Of a stretch of DNA of 64,000 bases, positions 49,260 to 60,784 are shown piece by piece; position 1 is the stretch's first letter, and each line of letters opens with the position of its first letter. The position numbers and the translations under genes are program-made. The notes beneath the pieces were generated by a model. That model searched no databases. It was not told the DNA's origin and saw nothing but the letters and a program-made list of their open reading frames with translations. Origin of the DNA: Plasmodiophora brassicae (taxonomy: Eukaryota); NCBI GenBank assembly GCA_036867785.1, contig CP145427.1, positions 372,001-436,000 on the forward strand. The letters are read 5' to 3'.

Positions 49260-50787
49260 TGCAGGAAGTCGCTGTATGGCGTCGTTTCGTGTCGGGGTAT
49301 CAGCCCGGTGATCCGCCAGCGTTCCTGCTGCTGTGGCGCCCCCTGCCGACCACGGGCGCACAAGTGGGCCAGCGGCGTCTCATTCCTAATTGTGAACCAT
49401 GCCACCAGATCATACGAGATAGGGCCAGCCAGTTCATTAGAAAGGGCGATGTCTGCACAGTTCTGGGCTTCCCTCTGATGCTTGAGGAACGGGCAACTGC
49501 GATTCTGGTGCGGTCTTAAGTTCTCATCGTTTCCCTGCGGATCGCCGCAAGAACCTCACCGAACCGTTGTGCCGGCCTGCGGGACCGAGCTGGAGATTGT
49601 CGGTCCCCGGCGCACCTGGCAATGACGTGACAGGTTTGCTGGATAGCTGCTTGCCGCATTGGGGACACGTAAAGTGTGGGTCCTTCGGGAACGAGCTGGA
49701 TGTTGTCGCCCCAGCACCAACGTTGGACGTCGTGCGTCGGTGTTGATCGTCCGGTACCAACTTCTGCCTAGCAAAGTCAATCGTGCAGCTGACGATGTCC
49801 GCCGGTGGCCAGGTTGACGTGCCGCTACCCAGGTAATCGTTCTTGTGCAGTCTAACGCTCTCATCGTTTCGCTGCGGATTGCCGCAATAACCACACCGAA
49901 CGGTTGTAGCCTCAGGGACCGAGCTGGATGTGGTCTGTCCACGCCCCTTGGAAGGGCGTGTCAGGTGTCGCCCTAGGCAACATTTCCTTGATCGCTGCTT
50001 GCCGCATTGGGCACACGCCAAGTTTGTGTCCTTCGGGAACGAGCTGGATGTTGCTGGTCCCGGCCCCTTGCAATGGTGTGTCAGGTGTCGCTCTAGGCCA
50101 AACTTGGTGGATATGTGCTTGCTGCATTGGGCACACGTAAGTTTTGTGTCCTTCGGGAACGAGTTGGATGTCGCCCCAGCAGCAATGTTAGACGTCGTGC
50201 GTCGGCGTTGATCGTCCGGCACCCACATCCGCCTAGCAAAGTCAAACGTGCCGCTGACGACGTCCGCCGATGGCCAGAATGACATGCCGCTACCCAGGTA
50301 ATCGTTGGCGCGCGTCGCTGGACCATGCGTTGTCGCTCCATCGGCTCTGTGCGGCGGGTTGTGCTCGCGACCCATTGGCCAGGTAGGCATCGGATCAACG
50401 TCAAGGTCAAGCGGAACGTCTTCAACTTTAACTGTCTCAGTGACCACGACTGCTCGCTCGCCAACGATTCCCTGACTGCGACCTCCACTCGACCCTGCCG
50501 TTGGTATCGCCGCATCGACGTCGCCAGTGTCGCGCAGGTTGCCGACACCGTTCAATCTTGTCTGGATGCATGGCATCAGCGACGATATTATCATGAGTGT
50601 GCACGTGGAACGGTACCGTGCTGGACGTCATGCCTTGGTCTAGGTCTCGGTGAGCATCTGCGTGCGCCCGCCGCTGGTTAGAGTAGGTCTCGACAGTACT
50701 GTCACCATCGACGTCGTCAACGGCGCCGAGAGCGCAGCGGCCGACCAGGAACGCAAAGAGCAATGCATACGATGTACACAGCGCCAT
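49260..50787 (-). CDS. Signal-peptide protein with C2H2-type zinc fingers; 3' part disrupted (truncated gene or pseudogene)
   Basis: Signal peptide MALCTSYALLFAFLVGRCALG and an intron near 50565-50615. Fingers are CAQC..LERHLTHHC, CAQC..LGRHLT and CGYC..RLH. The second internal repeat carries a deletion/frameshift and a TGT>TGA change. Confidence 0.65.
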
Positions 50788-51899
50788 TGTCGATTGTCGC
50801 TCGTGGATGCACCAGCAGCAGCTTGCAGAATGAGCCTGGCGCGGGCCGCAACTGCGCGCTGGGGGGGGGGGGGGCGGTTCTGGCTCTCACGCAGTGCGAG
50901 CGTTGAGCCCTGAGTGAGTGCGAGGTCCGCAGGGGCAGCGGTTGACCTCGGACAACAGTCGAGCTTGACTTCGGATTTTCCGTGGGCACTGCGTTTTTTT
51001 TGTTGCCCGATGTCAACTTGCGACTGGCGGGCGGGTTTCTCCCCTGGGGCTTCCTCAGAAATGGTTCGATGGCACCACCGCCGGCCATTTTTTGTCCTAC
51101 TGACGTCGCGCGTCTGTTCGTACAGGATGAGTCGAGGTGGTGGCCATCGGCCGAACGCTAGGAGGAAGCAGAGGCCCCTGCGCGCGCTCTACGTCATCTG
51201 GTCAACATGCCATTGTCGGGTATGTTCCGCGTCGAGATAGTATATACGCCGGCCGATACCAGCTGATGTCAATGGGCCCATCTCGCCGTCGTCTCCAGTG
51301 GCGTCTGCGCCTGCGGGGCAATCTGGCGGCTTCGTAGTCGAGCCACGTCGTTATTGAGCCCATGGCACCTTCGTCTTCGACTCCAGTGCTGGTGTTGCCC
51401 CTGCGATTGCGCCACATGCCCCCATCAGTCAAACGTCGCGAGTAATGAGATCTTGTGACCTGGCCCTCCTACTGCACCGCCCGCACATGATTGAACCCGA
51501 ACCGCACCATCTCGGGTAAACTTGAACCCTCCGTCTCGAGCTCTTACGAACGCTATTGCGTTTGGAAACACTGTTGGTGCGCCGCAAGCATCACCGGATC
51601 CGCGGATAGGCGGCAGGCGCCAATGCTCCGGGTCATCCCTGTCGCTGGCGGCCGCGTCATCTCCGCTATCGCCTCCCGCGACATATTTCGATAGTCTTTC
51701 GTTGATCTCCGACGGCAATGGACGTCTGAACGAGACACGACCGTCTATATTCGACGATTCACCGAACATTCAGAACGAGCAATGGATTGAGCAAGGAGAT
51801 CCCAATGCCATAGGACTCGACGACGATACATTTGGGGAATACAATGACGGGCCCGACGATGATGACGCTGAGGGTAATGCCTGTGCGTGCTGGTAACAG

Positions 51900-52680
51900 A
51901 CCAATGTTTTTAACAATGCGCTAGGTTCGAGTAGTCCGCGATCGTCTGCCTTGAAGTTCATGCAGATTGCAGACTGCCCTCGGCCATGTTCGGGGGAGAA
52001 CCTGAAGGCCCAGGGCAGCTCCGTTCTCAGAGCTCTCCGCCAGGGTCGGCTTATTGTTCTTGTTGGAAACCCTAAGCCGTACGCTCCTCGCTATTGCAGC
52101 TTGACCCTTCGGCTTGGTACCTGCGCGACATTCTCGTGTGGGACATTGCGACAATGCTACCTGATCTCGTCGGCCGCTGTCTAGAGTGTGGACTAGAGCG
52201 GAACCCTCCGCGTGTCCCTACTGGCGTATTCAACGTCAAGCGGCACACGTGGACCAAAGTTCGTCGAGTTGTCACGCGAGATCCCTGTTATTACTTGATC
52301 GGCAGGGTGTATCTATGCACTAAGTGCAAATCTGAGGGACGGCCGCACACATTCTCATTTTAGGACTCGCGGTTCTTGCGTGGCCTTCCCGGCTTTGTGC
52401 GCTCTCAGTTTCCAGCGCTCATAACCCACGCGCGCCCTGCTCGAACAGGGTGTTTCTTTTGAAGGATACGCCAAGATGTTGCTGGAGCTTCATGGTCGAG
52501 CTTGATCACGTCGCCGCTCCTGAATCCTGTCCCTCACGACTCTGAAGGTTACAACGGGTTCGTACCTACCCGCCGGGTACCTTCAGTGATGCTACGTCTT
52601 GTTCCACCGGTCCATTCGCTATACATTGGATCTGCACCAGGAGACCGACAGTGGCGATGTGATCAAGCTCGACCATGGAG
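51900..52680 (+). mobile_element. Decayed DUF6729-like (probably transposase-associated) coding remnant
   Basis: ILVWD...CLEC...VRRVVTRDPCYYLIGRVYLCTKC...*DSRFLRGLPGFVRSQFPALITH and SGDVIKLDH, with stops and frameshifts. The family assignment is from motif memory. Confidence 0.5.
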
Positions 52681-52995
52681 CTCCTGGTGCAAATCCAATA
52701 TGTCACGAATGGACCTGTGGAACAAGACGTAGCATCACTGAAGGTACCCGGCGGGTAGGTACGAACCCGTTGTAACCTTCAGAGTCGTGAGGGACAGGAT
52801 TCAGGAGCGGCGACGTGATCAAGCTCGACCATGAAGCTCCAGCAACATCTTGGCGTATCCTTCAAAAGAAAGACCCTGTTCGAGCAGTGCGCGCCTTTCG
52901 TCGGTAATGGAAAGGTCAACAGCGCTCCGGTGGGCCACGAGCGCTGGAAACTGAGAGCGCACAAAGCTGGGAAGGCCGCCCAGCAAGCGCGGGTC
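52364..52995. repeat. Long inverted repeat (hairpin) with ~280-315 bp arms and a 37-nt loop
   Basis: 52453-52607 is the exact reverse complement of 52717-52871 (155 bp). The flanking arm parts are imperfect. The loop is 52644-52680. Confidence 0.95.
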
Positions 52996-53129
52996 ATCGA
53001 CTCCTCGTTTCCGCAATGGTCATCTGATGCACCCGTCGTCTCACTTTTGCCCTGTCTTCGATGTCGATCTTAACCGCCCTCTTTAACGTTGGCAATATCG
53101 TCGACACCGCTGGACTATTCACCACCGTT

Positions 53130-53756
53130 GACCTTAGCACGTCGGTTCGCTCTGGCCTTGCATTCCAGTGCTGCTGGTTGTTTCGCGAATTGTCACATGA
53201 CCGTTAGGTCGACACGACGGCGTAGACCAGCATGTCGGGGTATTTGGTACGTTCAGTGGGCAATGATTTGAGCCAGGCGCCTGCAGCCGTCCCCCACTGG
53301 GAGTCGACCGCACTGTGCCGGAGCCTGCAGGTGATCGTCAACTTCATCAATGCATTCCCAATGCACCTGTACCAGGTACGGCAGCTACATCAGACAATCG
53401 ATTCCTTCTGCCGTCCAGAAACCGCGCCCTGACGTCTGTCCCATCACAGGTAGATTTGGCCGCCCAGTGGATTGCAGATCGGGACAATTCGAACGGTGTC
53501 ACGTCGGGCGCGCCTGATTGAGGCCGCCGATTACATCGAAATGCATTCGCTGGCGGTTGCGATCGCTTGGATGCTACGTGATGACATCGTGCGGTCGGAT
53601 TGGGCGCAGCCGGATGCCGATTCAATTCGTGACCAGCTGCAAACCTACCGCTTCAGCGCTGGTCTCATCGGGCTTTTGTGTATTACCAAAGTAGTAGCCC
53701 TGCCGTATGCATGGGATTGCCCCACGTCTGTACCTTTGATAAACCAGTTGTCTTGA
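53130..53756 (+). pseudogene. Degraded SKP1/BTB-like domain gene
   Basis: SMSGYL...AVP...LQVIVNFI and RLIEAADYIEMHSL resemble SKP1 helices (LILAANYLDIK.L). The reading frame is broken. Confidence 0.4.
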
Positions 53757-54260
53757 TAGGCGTCTAGAGCGCGTCCCTGCTGGCCGACAGTCGCGTGGAC
53801 TGCTGGCGACGCACCGATTTGCTCAAAGCCCATTCAAGGAAAAGGACCATGATGACAGCTTCGTGAAGGAATCTCTGAAGGTCGGCCGGATCAACGTGAT
53901 CAACGCGCAAGACGAGAACGTCGTACCCCGCTTTCATTGGATGCCACCGGGGACCGAGTCGTTACTGCGCATACAGCATACTGCAGGACCGCTCGGATCG
54001 AACCCCCTTTGTTCTACGCGTTCGTTTCGTGGCCATCGGCGACTTGAACAGGTGCTACAATACTATGGTGGCACGTTCTAACATGCGAACGACGTCACCA
54101 CAGGAGGGGTTTCCCGATTATATTGCTTCACTACAGGACTACCGAGGTAGAGGCCGGACAACAGACCTGTATCGTTGTTCGCGCGTATCATAGACGCTCA
54201 AGCCGCAGCCCGAACTATCGAGTCGTGCAGGCGCGAACAGTATCGTACCTTGCACCGTCT

Positions 54261-55679
54261 TTACGCCGGGCGTGAAGTGCCCCTGGGATTGGCAACAACA
54301 ACAAGGACGACGTCGCGCTGTTTGGAACTCGGCGGAGCGCGACGTCCCACCAATGTGGAGACGATGACGCTAACTTGCGTCGCCGTCTTGCCGACAATGT
54401 TGTCGGGCGGGACCTGGAACGCCATCGCTTCCATGATGCGTTGCACTGTGCTCAGCGCGGTGACGACGCTGTTCACGTACCAGTACAGGGCGAAGTTACC
54501 GACGGCGGCCGACCCGGCCAGCACCGTAAACAGGACAACGGCCAGCAATCCCACGACGCCGCATAGAACGATACGCTGCGCGAATCGAAGGCGCATGAGC
54601 CGGTCACCTTCGGATATGGAATGGCATCGCAGCAGCAGGGCGGCCACTCTGCTGCCCTGGCGAACGAACGCGATGAAGGTCAGCATGTATAAAAGAAGCA
54701 CGCCGGCGATGGAGATCGGCGAGATCGCCCGCCTTATCGACGTGGCGAATTCAAGGACGATGCTCGTATCGTAGGCAACGATGATGGCGAGCGACAGCAT
54801 CCAGAGCAGGGCGCGGGCGCGGGACGACCAACGCGGAACGACACCGCCCGCCTGCGCGTACGCCTGCTGCAGAATGTAGGTGATCGTCAGCGTCGACGCC
54901 AGCGCCCACGTCACGTCTACCTGCTGAAGGAATACCTTCACGAAGTTGAACGGTGTGCATTGTCCCAGACAGAAGACGATGTCACCCATGAAATACGCGT
55001 TCTGAAGGCCGCTGAGGAGCACCATGGTCAGCGCGAACGAGGGCGCCAGAGGAGCGCGCCTCACCCGCCCGTTGCCGTCGACAGAGAACGCGACGAGCTT
55101 GCCGAACGCGACCGCTGCTAGAATCGGTTGCAGCACGAAGGCAACGACCCAGAGAAGTCGCGACCACGTTGACAGGAGGACCGGGTCCGGTGCCGTCTGC
55201 GACGTCATTCGAAGCAGGTGCCGCCCGTCGTTGCCGAACGTCGCCAGCAGGGCCGACGTCTGCTTCGGGGCCATCACCACCATGGGCACCGTCGTGAACG
55301 GGAGCGGTCCCGCCGACCGGAACATCCACGACGCTTCGCTCCGGTTCGGTTCGTCGCAATTCGTCACCAGGACGCCCCGGCACGACCCTGCCTGGCGGGC
55401 GCACGCGTCTGCCCATCCCTGGTAATCGAGGGTGGTGGCGCCGTCAACGGCCACGATCGTCGGGGTGGCCAACGGAGGCAGGGAGTCGGCCTGCTTGCCG
55501 GCCCCGACAACGTACAACGCACTGGCGGCGACGTCGAACGATGCGTTGCCGAGGACGAAATACGGCGTCGCCCAGGATCCCAGGACGGCCCCGCTCCCCA
55601 TCGTCTCCACGCTGGTGCTTGCGTCGACGGCACACGACAGCAGCATGGCGATCGTCGAGGCATGAGCAGATCGCCCCAT
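54261..55679 (-). CDS. 7TM receptor-like protein with PA-like ectodomain, single exon
   Basis: CRGVLVTNC...PFTTVPMVVM ectodomain and seven hydrophobic segments. SISEGDRLMRLRFAQRIVLCGVVG matches TISEGERHRRIHFAKRVAISGVIG of 34120-35554. Confidence 0.82.
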   Translation of the reverse strand: MGRSAHASTIAMLLSCAVDASTSVETMGSGAVLGSWATPYFVLGNASFDVAASALYVVGAGKQADSLPPLATPTIVAVDGATTLDYQGWADACARQAGSCRGVLVTNCDEPNRSEASWMFRSAGPLPFTTVPMVVMAPKQTSALLATFGNDGRHLLRMTSQTAPDPVLLSTWSRLLWVVAFVLQPILAAVAFGKLVAFSVDGNGRVRRAPLAPSFALTMVLLSGLQNAYFMGDIVFCLGQCTPFNFVKVFLQQVDVTWALASTLTITYILQQAYAQAGGVVPRWSSRARALLWMLSLAIIVAYDTSIVLEFATSIRRAISPISIAGVLLLYMLTFIAFVRQGSRVAALLLRCHSISEGDRLMRLRFAQRIVLCGVVGLLAVVLFTVLAGSAAVGNFALYWYVNSVVTALSTVQRIMEAMAFQVPPDNIVGKTATQVSVIVSTLVGRRAPPSSKQRDVVLVVVANPRGTSRPA

Positions 55680-56288
55680 CGAAAGGACTCTCACACCGTC
55701 ACATAGGTCAGAGCATCTCCACCGCGGAGCCGTTTCCGGTAGTTATCGTCTGATCTGACGATTCAGCTTGCAGTCAGTCACACCAACCGAACCAGGGAAT
55801 TCGTCACTTCCGGCACAGATCTAATTCAGATCTGTGACGATTCTGTTGTCTATTGATCGGTCGAGACGATGATGAGGCTCGTCGAGGCAAACGTTCCTAA
55901 TGGTCCTTCTAGTCCTGCTACCGATTCCTCTGGGTCTGGCCACGTCCATCCTCCTCCAGCTGCTACATCTGCCGTGTCAACGCCCCGTCCAGGTCGAGAG
56001 CCGCCCCATCCGCGCTTGGCTGCCACCTTGGGCCGCTGGTAGCATTTGCTCGCTGAGAAACAAGCCGGCCGTGACAACTTCATCAATATCATCATCACTG
56101 CTAGATGAGGCGGAGTCTTCCGAGTCCTCGTCCGCTTGTCGCCTCCATACGCTGTCTCTATCGTTGCGCTCCATCTGAAGACTGACGGCGTCTTTTCCCT
56201 GCGGTGGTGCAGGACCCCAAAATTCACTATTTTCCCGATCGTCACAGATGTGACGATACCGAAAATGCTGTGCGGTGGAGATGCTCTC

Positions 56289-56322
56289 TCACACACACAC
56301 ACACAGACTCACACACCACACA
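56289..56322. repeat. (CA)n microsatellite
   Basis: tcacacacacacacacagactcacacaccacaca seen directly. Confidence 0.7.
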
Positions 56323-56431
56323 GACAGATCCTTCGAACGTGTTCCTCTAGCGGATTCCGTCCAGGTCTCCAGGAGCGACAGCAACAGGGCCGCTTTGCAG
56401 TGTGGCCCTACAGTCTACGGGCAAAAAAGGA

Positions 56432-56516
56432 TGCCTGCAGCAAGACTCGAACTTGCGACCTCAGGATAACTCTTTGGATATGAGACCTACGCTACTGCCA
56501 ACTGAGCCATGCAGGC
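56432..56516 (-). tRNA. tRNA-Met(CAT), elongator type, with 11-nt intron
   Basis: Acceptor stem GCCTGCA/TGCAGGC and anticodon arm TAGGT-CTCATA[tccaaagagtt]A-TCCTG with a U31-U39 pair. T-loop GTTCGAG and a T6 Pol III terminator just downstream. Confidence 0.95.
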
Positions 56517-56732
56517 GGCACGACCGGCAACAGTCACCAACTTATTAATAGGGGCAACTACTACGACAATCTACCGTCATTCTGGCATTGGCCGCTGCTA
56601 GGAGTCCCTCGAGCATATCGAGGTTGTCGCCCGTTGGTGGCGATGGTTTAGAGAGCGGCGCCCGTTTCGAATGCGTTCAGAGCGAAGGCCGCCGCCACGG
56701 CGGTGTTTGTGGCGGACTCGGCATTGTGGACG

Positions 56733-57461
56733 ATGGGGTTCCTCCCGTGGCGACAAGTGGCGCTCAGGACGCACTACGGGCGGTTCATCTGTGCGGACGA
56801 CAACGGGACGTACCCAGCGGACCGGGAAACCGCCCGGCACTGGGAGCATTACAGTATCGAGGCGGTAGACAATGGTGCTGTTGCCATTCGTAATGCGCAC
56901 GGCAAGTACCTGGGCTCTGGTTCGGCCACCTCGCATTTGGCATCCTTCGACACGATCGTCCCAGAAGCTCAGTGGTGGCTGCGAGACGCACCTAGAGGAA
57001 AGTTCACGCTGAAGAACCGCGCGACAAAGAAGTTTCTGTGCGCTCCGAATGCCTTCGAACACCCTGTCGTCGACCGTACCAATGCGGGCGCTTGGGAGGA
57101 ATTCGACGTGATATCGGCGCCGCTGAGGGTCGAAACGCAGGACGGTGTGCCCATGTGGCCCTGGGAACCGTTCGAAATTGTGGAACTGAGTGAAGGCATT
57201 GTTGGTTTCAAGACCGCTGCCGGCCGGTACCTGGGCTCCGGGAGCAATGGGCAAATCGACTCGGACAGCAAGAAGGTCACCGACGCGCATCAATGGCGCA
57301 TGTGCCCTATCGGCCCGCCTTCATCTGCATCGTTGTTCACCTTCCAGAATGTTGCCACGAACAAGTTTATGTCCTTGCTGGGCCGTAACGAGATCCTTAT
57401 TGCCAACCGTGACGTGCCTGACCGTCCCGAACGTTTCACGGTCGCGGCCTCCATTGCCTGA
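56733..57461 (+). CDS. Fascin/hisactophilin-like beta-trefoil protein (two trefoils), single exon
   Basis: Repeats VALRTHYGRFICAD, VAIRNAHGKYLG, FTLKNRATKKFLCA, VGFKTAAGRYLG and WEEF/WEPF. Confidence 0.85.
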   Translation: MGFLPWRQVALRTHYGRFICADDNGTYPADRETARHWEHYSIEAVDNGAVAIRNAHGKYLGSGSATSHLASFDTIVPEAQWWLRDAPRGKFTLKNRATKKFLCAPNAFEHPVVDRTNAGAWEEFDVISAPLRVETQDGVPMWPWEPFEIVELSEGIVGFKTAAGRYLGSGSNGQIDSDSKKVTDAHQWRMCPIGPPSSASLFTFQNVATNKFMSLLGRNEILIANRDVPDRPERFTVAASIA

Positions 57462-57846
57462 TGCTTTACGTATCGCCATGCAGGCGCTTCACTGTCATCT
57501 GTTTTAGTAAACGGGGTATCGGCTCTCGCAGCTGTTCGAAACAGTATTTGAACATGATTTCGTTTCTCTACAAAGGCTGGCGGTCTGGTTCTTATTTGCA
57601 TTCTACACATTCCTGCTGAGCCGTCGCAGCTGGTAACAAGAACAACGACGGCTCACGTGGTGGATGGCGACGATTCGGAAAACGTAACGGCATGCGGGCG
57701 AACGTGGAGTAGACGGTTGACCCGCAAGCACACTGGTAGTTCGATCGTTCTTGGGTGTGATCCAAACGCTCCTATGCAAGCGGCGCAGCGCTATCCGCTG
57801 GAAGGATTCGGATCGCAGATTGTGCGGCGCCGAGCGAGCCAGCGCC

Positions 57847-58452
57847 ATGGAGGACGACGACGACAACGGGGACGTCGTCACCGTGTCGCAGAAGATGCGG
57901 GACGACCTGAACGAGAGCCTGCACCTCGCCATCTACCGCATGTGTCAGGAGTACGGTACGTTCGCGCCTCGCGGCCCTGCAGCGATCGTCGGCGACGTTG
58001 TCCGATGACCCTGGATTGCGCAACAGGCGAGACGAGCGGGAAGTCGTACTCGAAAGCGGTTCGTGCGCCCCTCGCCTGCACATATCTGTCACCGTACTCA
58101 TAACCCCCCATTAGTATGTCTATGCGCTCACCGAACTATCCATGGACCTTGCCGGTATGCCATCGTAGCGAACCGGTTCCTCCGGTCTCCCTGCGCTCAC
58201 TGCGTACAGCTCGTCTGGCCAAAGACGCCGAGTGCTTCGCCAAGCACGCCAAACGCCCGTCCAGCATCCGCGCCGAGGACATCCTGCTATGCGCCAGGCA
58301 CAACGAGCGCCTCGTAAGGCACCCGCCGGTCACGTCACGCCGTCCGGCATAGCGCGCGCTGACCTCCCAGCGTGCAGCACGACGAACTCGAACAGCACCT
58401 CGCTCGCTACCGGGAGCAGGCCAAGGCCTCCAAGCCGCCTCCCAAGTCGTAG
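57847..58452 (+). CDS. CENPS: Centromere protein S / MHF1 histone-fold protein
   Basis: LNESLHLAIYRMCQE and LAKDAECFAKHAKRPSSIRAEDILLCARHNERL. Confidence 0.9.
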
Positions 58453-58584
58453 AGCGGGTCGGTCGCCGGCAGAATACAGCAGGGCAATACAGTCTATGTG
58501 GAATGTCCGCGCGCGGCTGCAGTTCAGCCACGTGTCGGTGCAGTTCGCGGCAGTCATCCGCCCAGCAGCGTGCGGCATTTGTCA

Positions 58585-60549
58585 ATGTGGTCGGTGCGTG
58601 ACGCCGTCGTCGTCGTCCTGGGCGCCGTGGCGTTGCTGGGCGCGGCGTCGGCCAGGATCGAGGAGCTGACCGTCGACCATGACAGGTCCGTGTGCGAGCG
58701 CGCGCGCGTCATGCGCATCGGTGTGGTGACCGCTCGTGCACAGCCGACCGGTGGTCCTGATGGAGGTGTTCGGGTTCGACGTGCATGGCCGATTCGAGCT
58801 TCGTCTCGACAACGTCGTGGTGGGAACGTGATGCCACGATGCGCAGCAGCGTATCTGTAACGCGTGCTGGAATTTGGCAGATGCACTTTCAGAAGACAAC
58901 GGACATGACGCTGACACCGAACGCGAAATTCGTGCTGAAGCGATCGCTGGAACCGGCCACGTACCCGGTTCCCGGAACGACGGCCTCGTTCTGCTTCCAC
59001 GAGTACGTGTTTGATTCGCAGATGCACGTATTCGACACGAAGTACGACCTGGCCCACGCGGAGAAAACGTAGGATCGCGGCCAACGTGCCTGCGGGTTGC
59101 ACGAACGCCTGACAATGGTGCACCTAGTTCCGACACGTCAGTTTCGTTCCCGACGCAGACGTTTGCCCTCGACGTAATCAATCCGGGCCTGTACCACCTG
59201 TTCTGGTCCAACTGTGCCCCTGGCAGTTCGATATCGTTCACGGCGACGCTCACCGAGTATAACGCCCCGTTCAAGGGGTCCGACCAGCGCGATTACTTGT
59301 CGATCGGCGAATCGCCGCTGCCCACCGTGTTTGCCCTGTCGGCACTGCTCCTTGTAGTTGAAGCTGCCGTCTGGATCCGCCTTCTTCGACGCTCTGAGTA
59401 ATACCCTCACGCATAACGGCGGTGTGATCTGGGTTTGCGTTTAGTGATGCAGTGCTGCAGGGCACATCAAGTGAAAAAGATCCACCACCTGATGACCTTC
59501 GTGGTTGCTGTCAAGGCCATTGCCTCCGGCCTCGATGCGATCAAGCTTGCGACCCTAAAGGCAACCGGCGTGTTCGACGAATGGGCGTACCTGTTCTATA
59601 TCGCGCATTCCATTCGCACGCTTGCCTTCTTTGCTGGCATCGTCCTCATCGGTTACCTGTGCATGTGCGGTTCATCCTGTCTGACGCGACTGACAGATGC
59701 GTGTAGGCAACGGCTGGAGCTATATGACCCCGTTCATCACGGCCAGGGACAAGCGGATCATCACGGCGGTTCTTTCGCTGCAGGTCGTTGTCAACATTGC
59801 CCTTGTTGTGGAAGAGACCACCATGCCTGGATTCGTGTACGTCCGCATTGTTGATGGTATACGCGCCTATAAGGCTGATCGGGTCAATCGTGCAGCTTCT
59901 GGCTTCGGACGCGGGACATTCTTCTGATGCTCGACATTATCTGCTGCTGCGCCATCTTGTTCCCGTTGATGTGGTCCATACAACACCTGAAGCAGACGAT
60001 CAGCAGCCGGAACGACGAGAAGGGTCCGCGTTGCACTGGATAGTACGCCCGAGCAACGCCCTGCTAACACGTACGTCACAGCGGCCCAGAATCTCGGCCG
60101 TTTGAAACGGTTTCGAAAGTTCTACGGCCTGGTGGTTGTGTATATCTACACGGTAACGCCCATGCGTGCTGATCACACGTTGTCGTGGGCTGACCGACAC
60201 GCAGACGCGGATCATCGTGCTTCTGATGGCGTCCCTGCTCCCGTACCGTATGACGTGGCTGTCCACGCTGACGTACGAGACGGTAACGCAGAGCGCGATG
60301 CCCCGGCAGGCTTGCCCAGTAACCCGTTGCTAGGCCACGATCGTGTTCTACGCTCTGACGGGGTGGTGGTTCCGCCCGGCGACCCAGACGCCGTACATCC
60401 CCATCGACCAGGAGAACGTGGAGCTCATCTCGCTCGATGAGCACGGCCTAACAGGTTCGTACGCGCGCCCCGCGAACTCGTTCACGCGTCCGACACACTG
60501 TGTAGAGGACGACCTGGACAAGCTCATCGAGGAATCCAGCACCATCTAA
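58585..60549 (+). CDS. GPR107/GPR108-like GOST 7TM protein (lung seven-TM receptor family)
   Basis: GLYHLFWSNC, DYLSIGESPLP, KIHHLM, IVLIGNGWS, LDIICCCAILFPLMWSIQHL, LKRFRKFY and GWWFRPATQTPY motifs. Confidence 0.92.
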
Positions 60550-60784
60550 ACATAAACCATGCGGGGCTGTTCCAATCCGCTGGACGCGTCGCCTGAAGGC
60601 CGCGGGGCGCGCGCGCGCGTCGCTCGGGGACTGCGTCAGTCAGTCCGAGGAGGGTTTCCTCGACGGATCATTGGACAAGACGTGCCTGTCACCCTTCCCC
60701 GCCCCGCTCGTCCCACAATAACGCCATTAGGGATCGCGATCGTCCTCGACCCATTAACGCAGTTGGTGACGGCGCCGACGACGC

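Noticed and set aside
49553-49560. Cys-position TGA as selenocysteine or recoding
   Set aside because: It lies in an already frameshifted duplicate unit and no SECIS was recognised. A simple nonsense mutation is more likely.
50861-50874. G14 homopolymer as a regulatory G-quadruplex
   Set aside because: There is no supporting evidence, and homopolymer length is unreliable in assemblies.
55950-56180. Acidic SSSDDD plus GGSRPGR segment resembling a Harbinger-type transposase N-terminus
   Set aside because: Too short and low-complexity, with no catalytic domain or TIRs seen.
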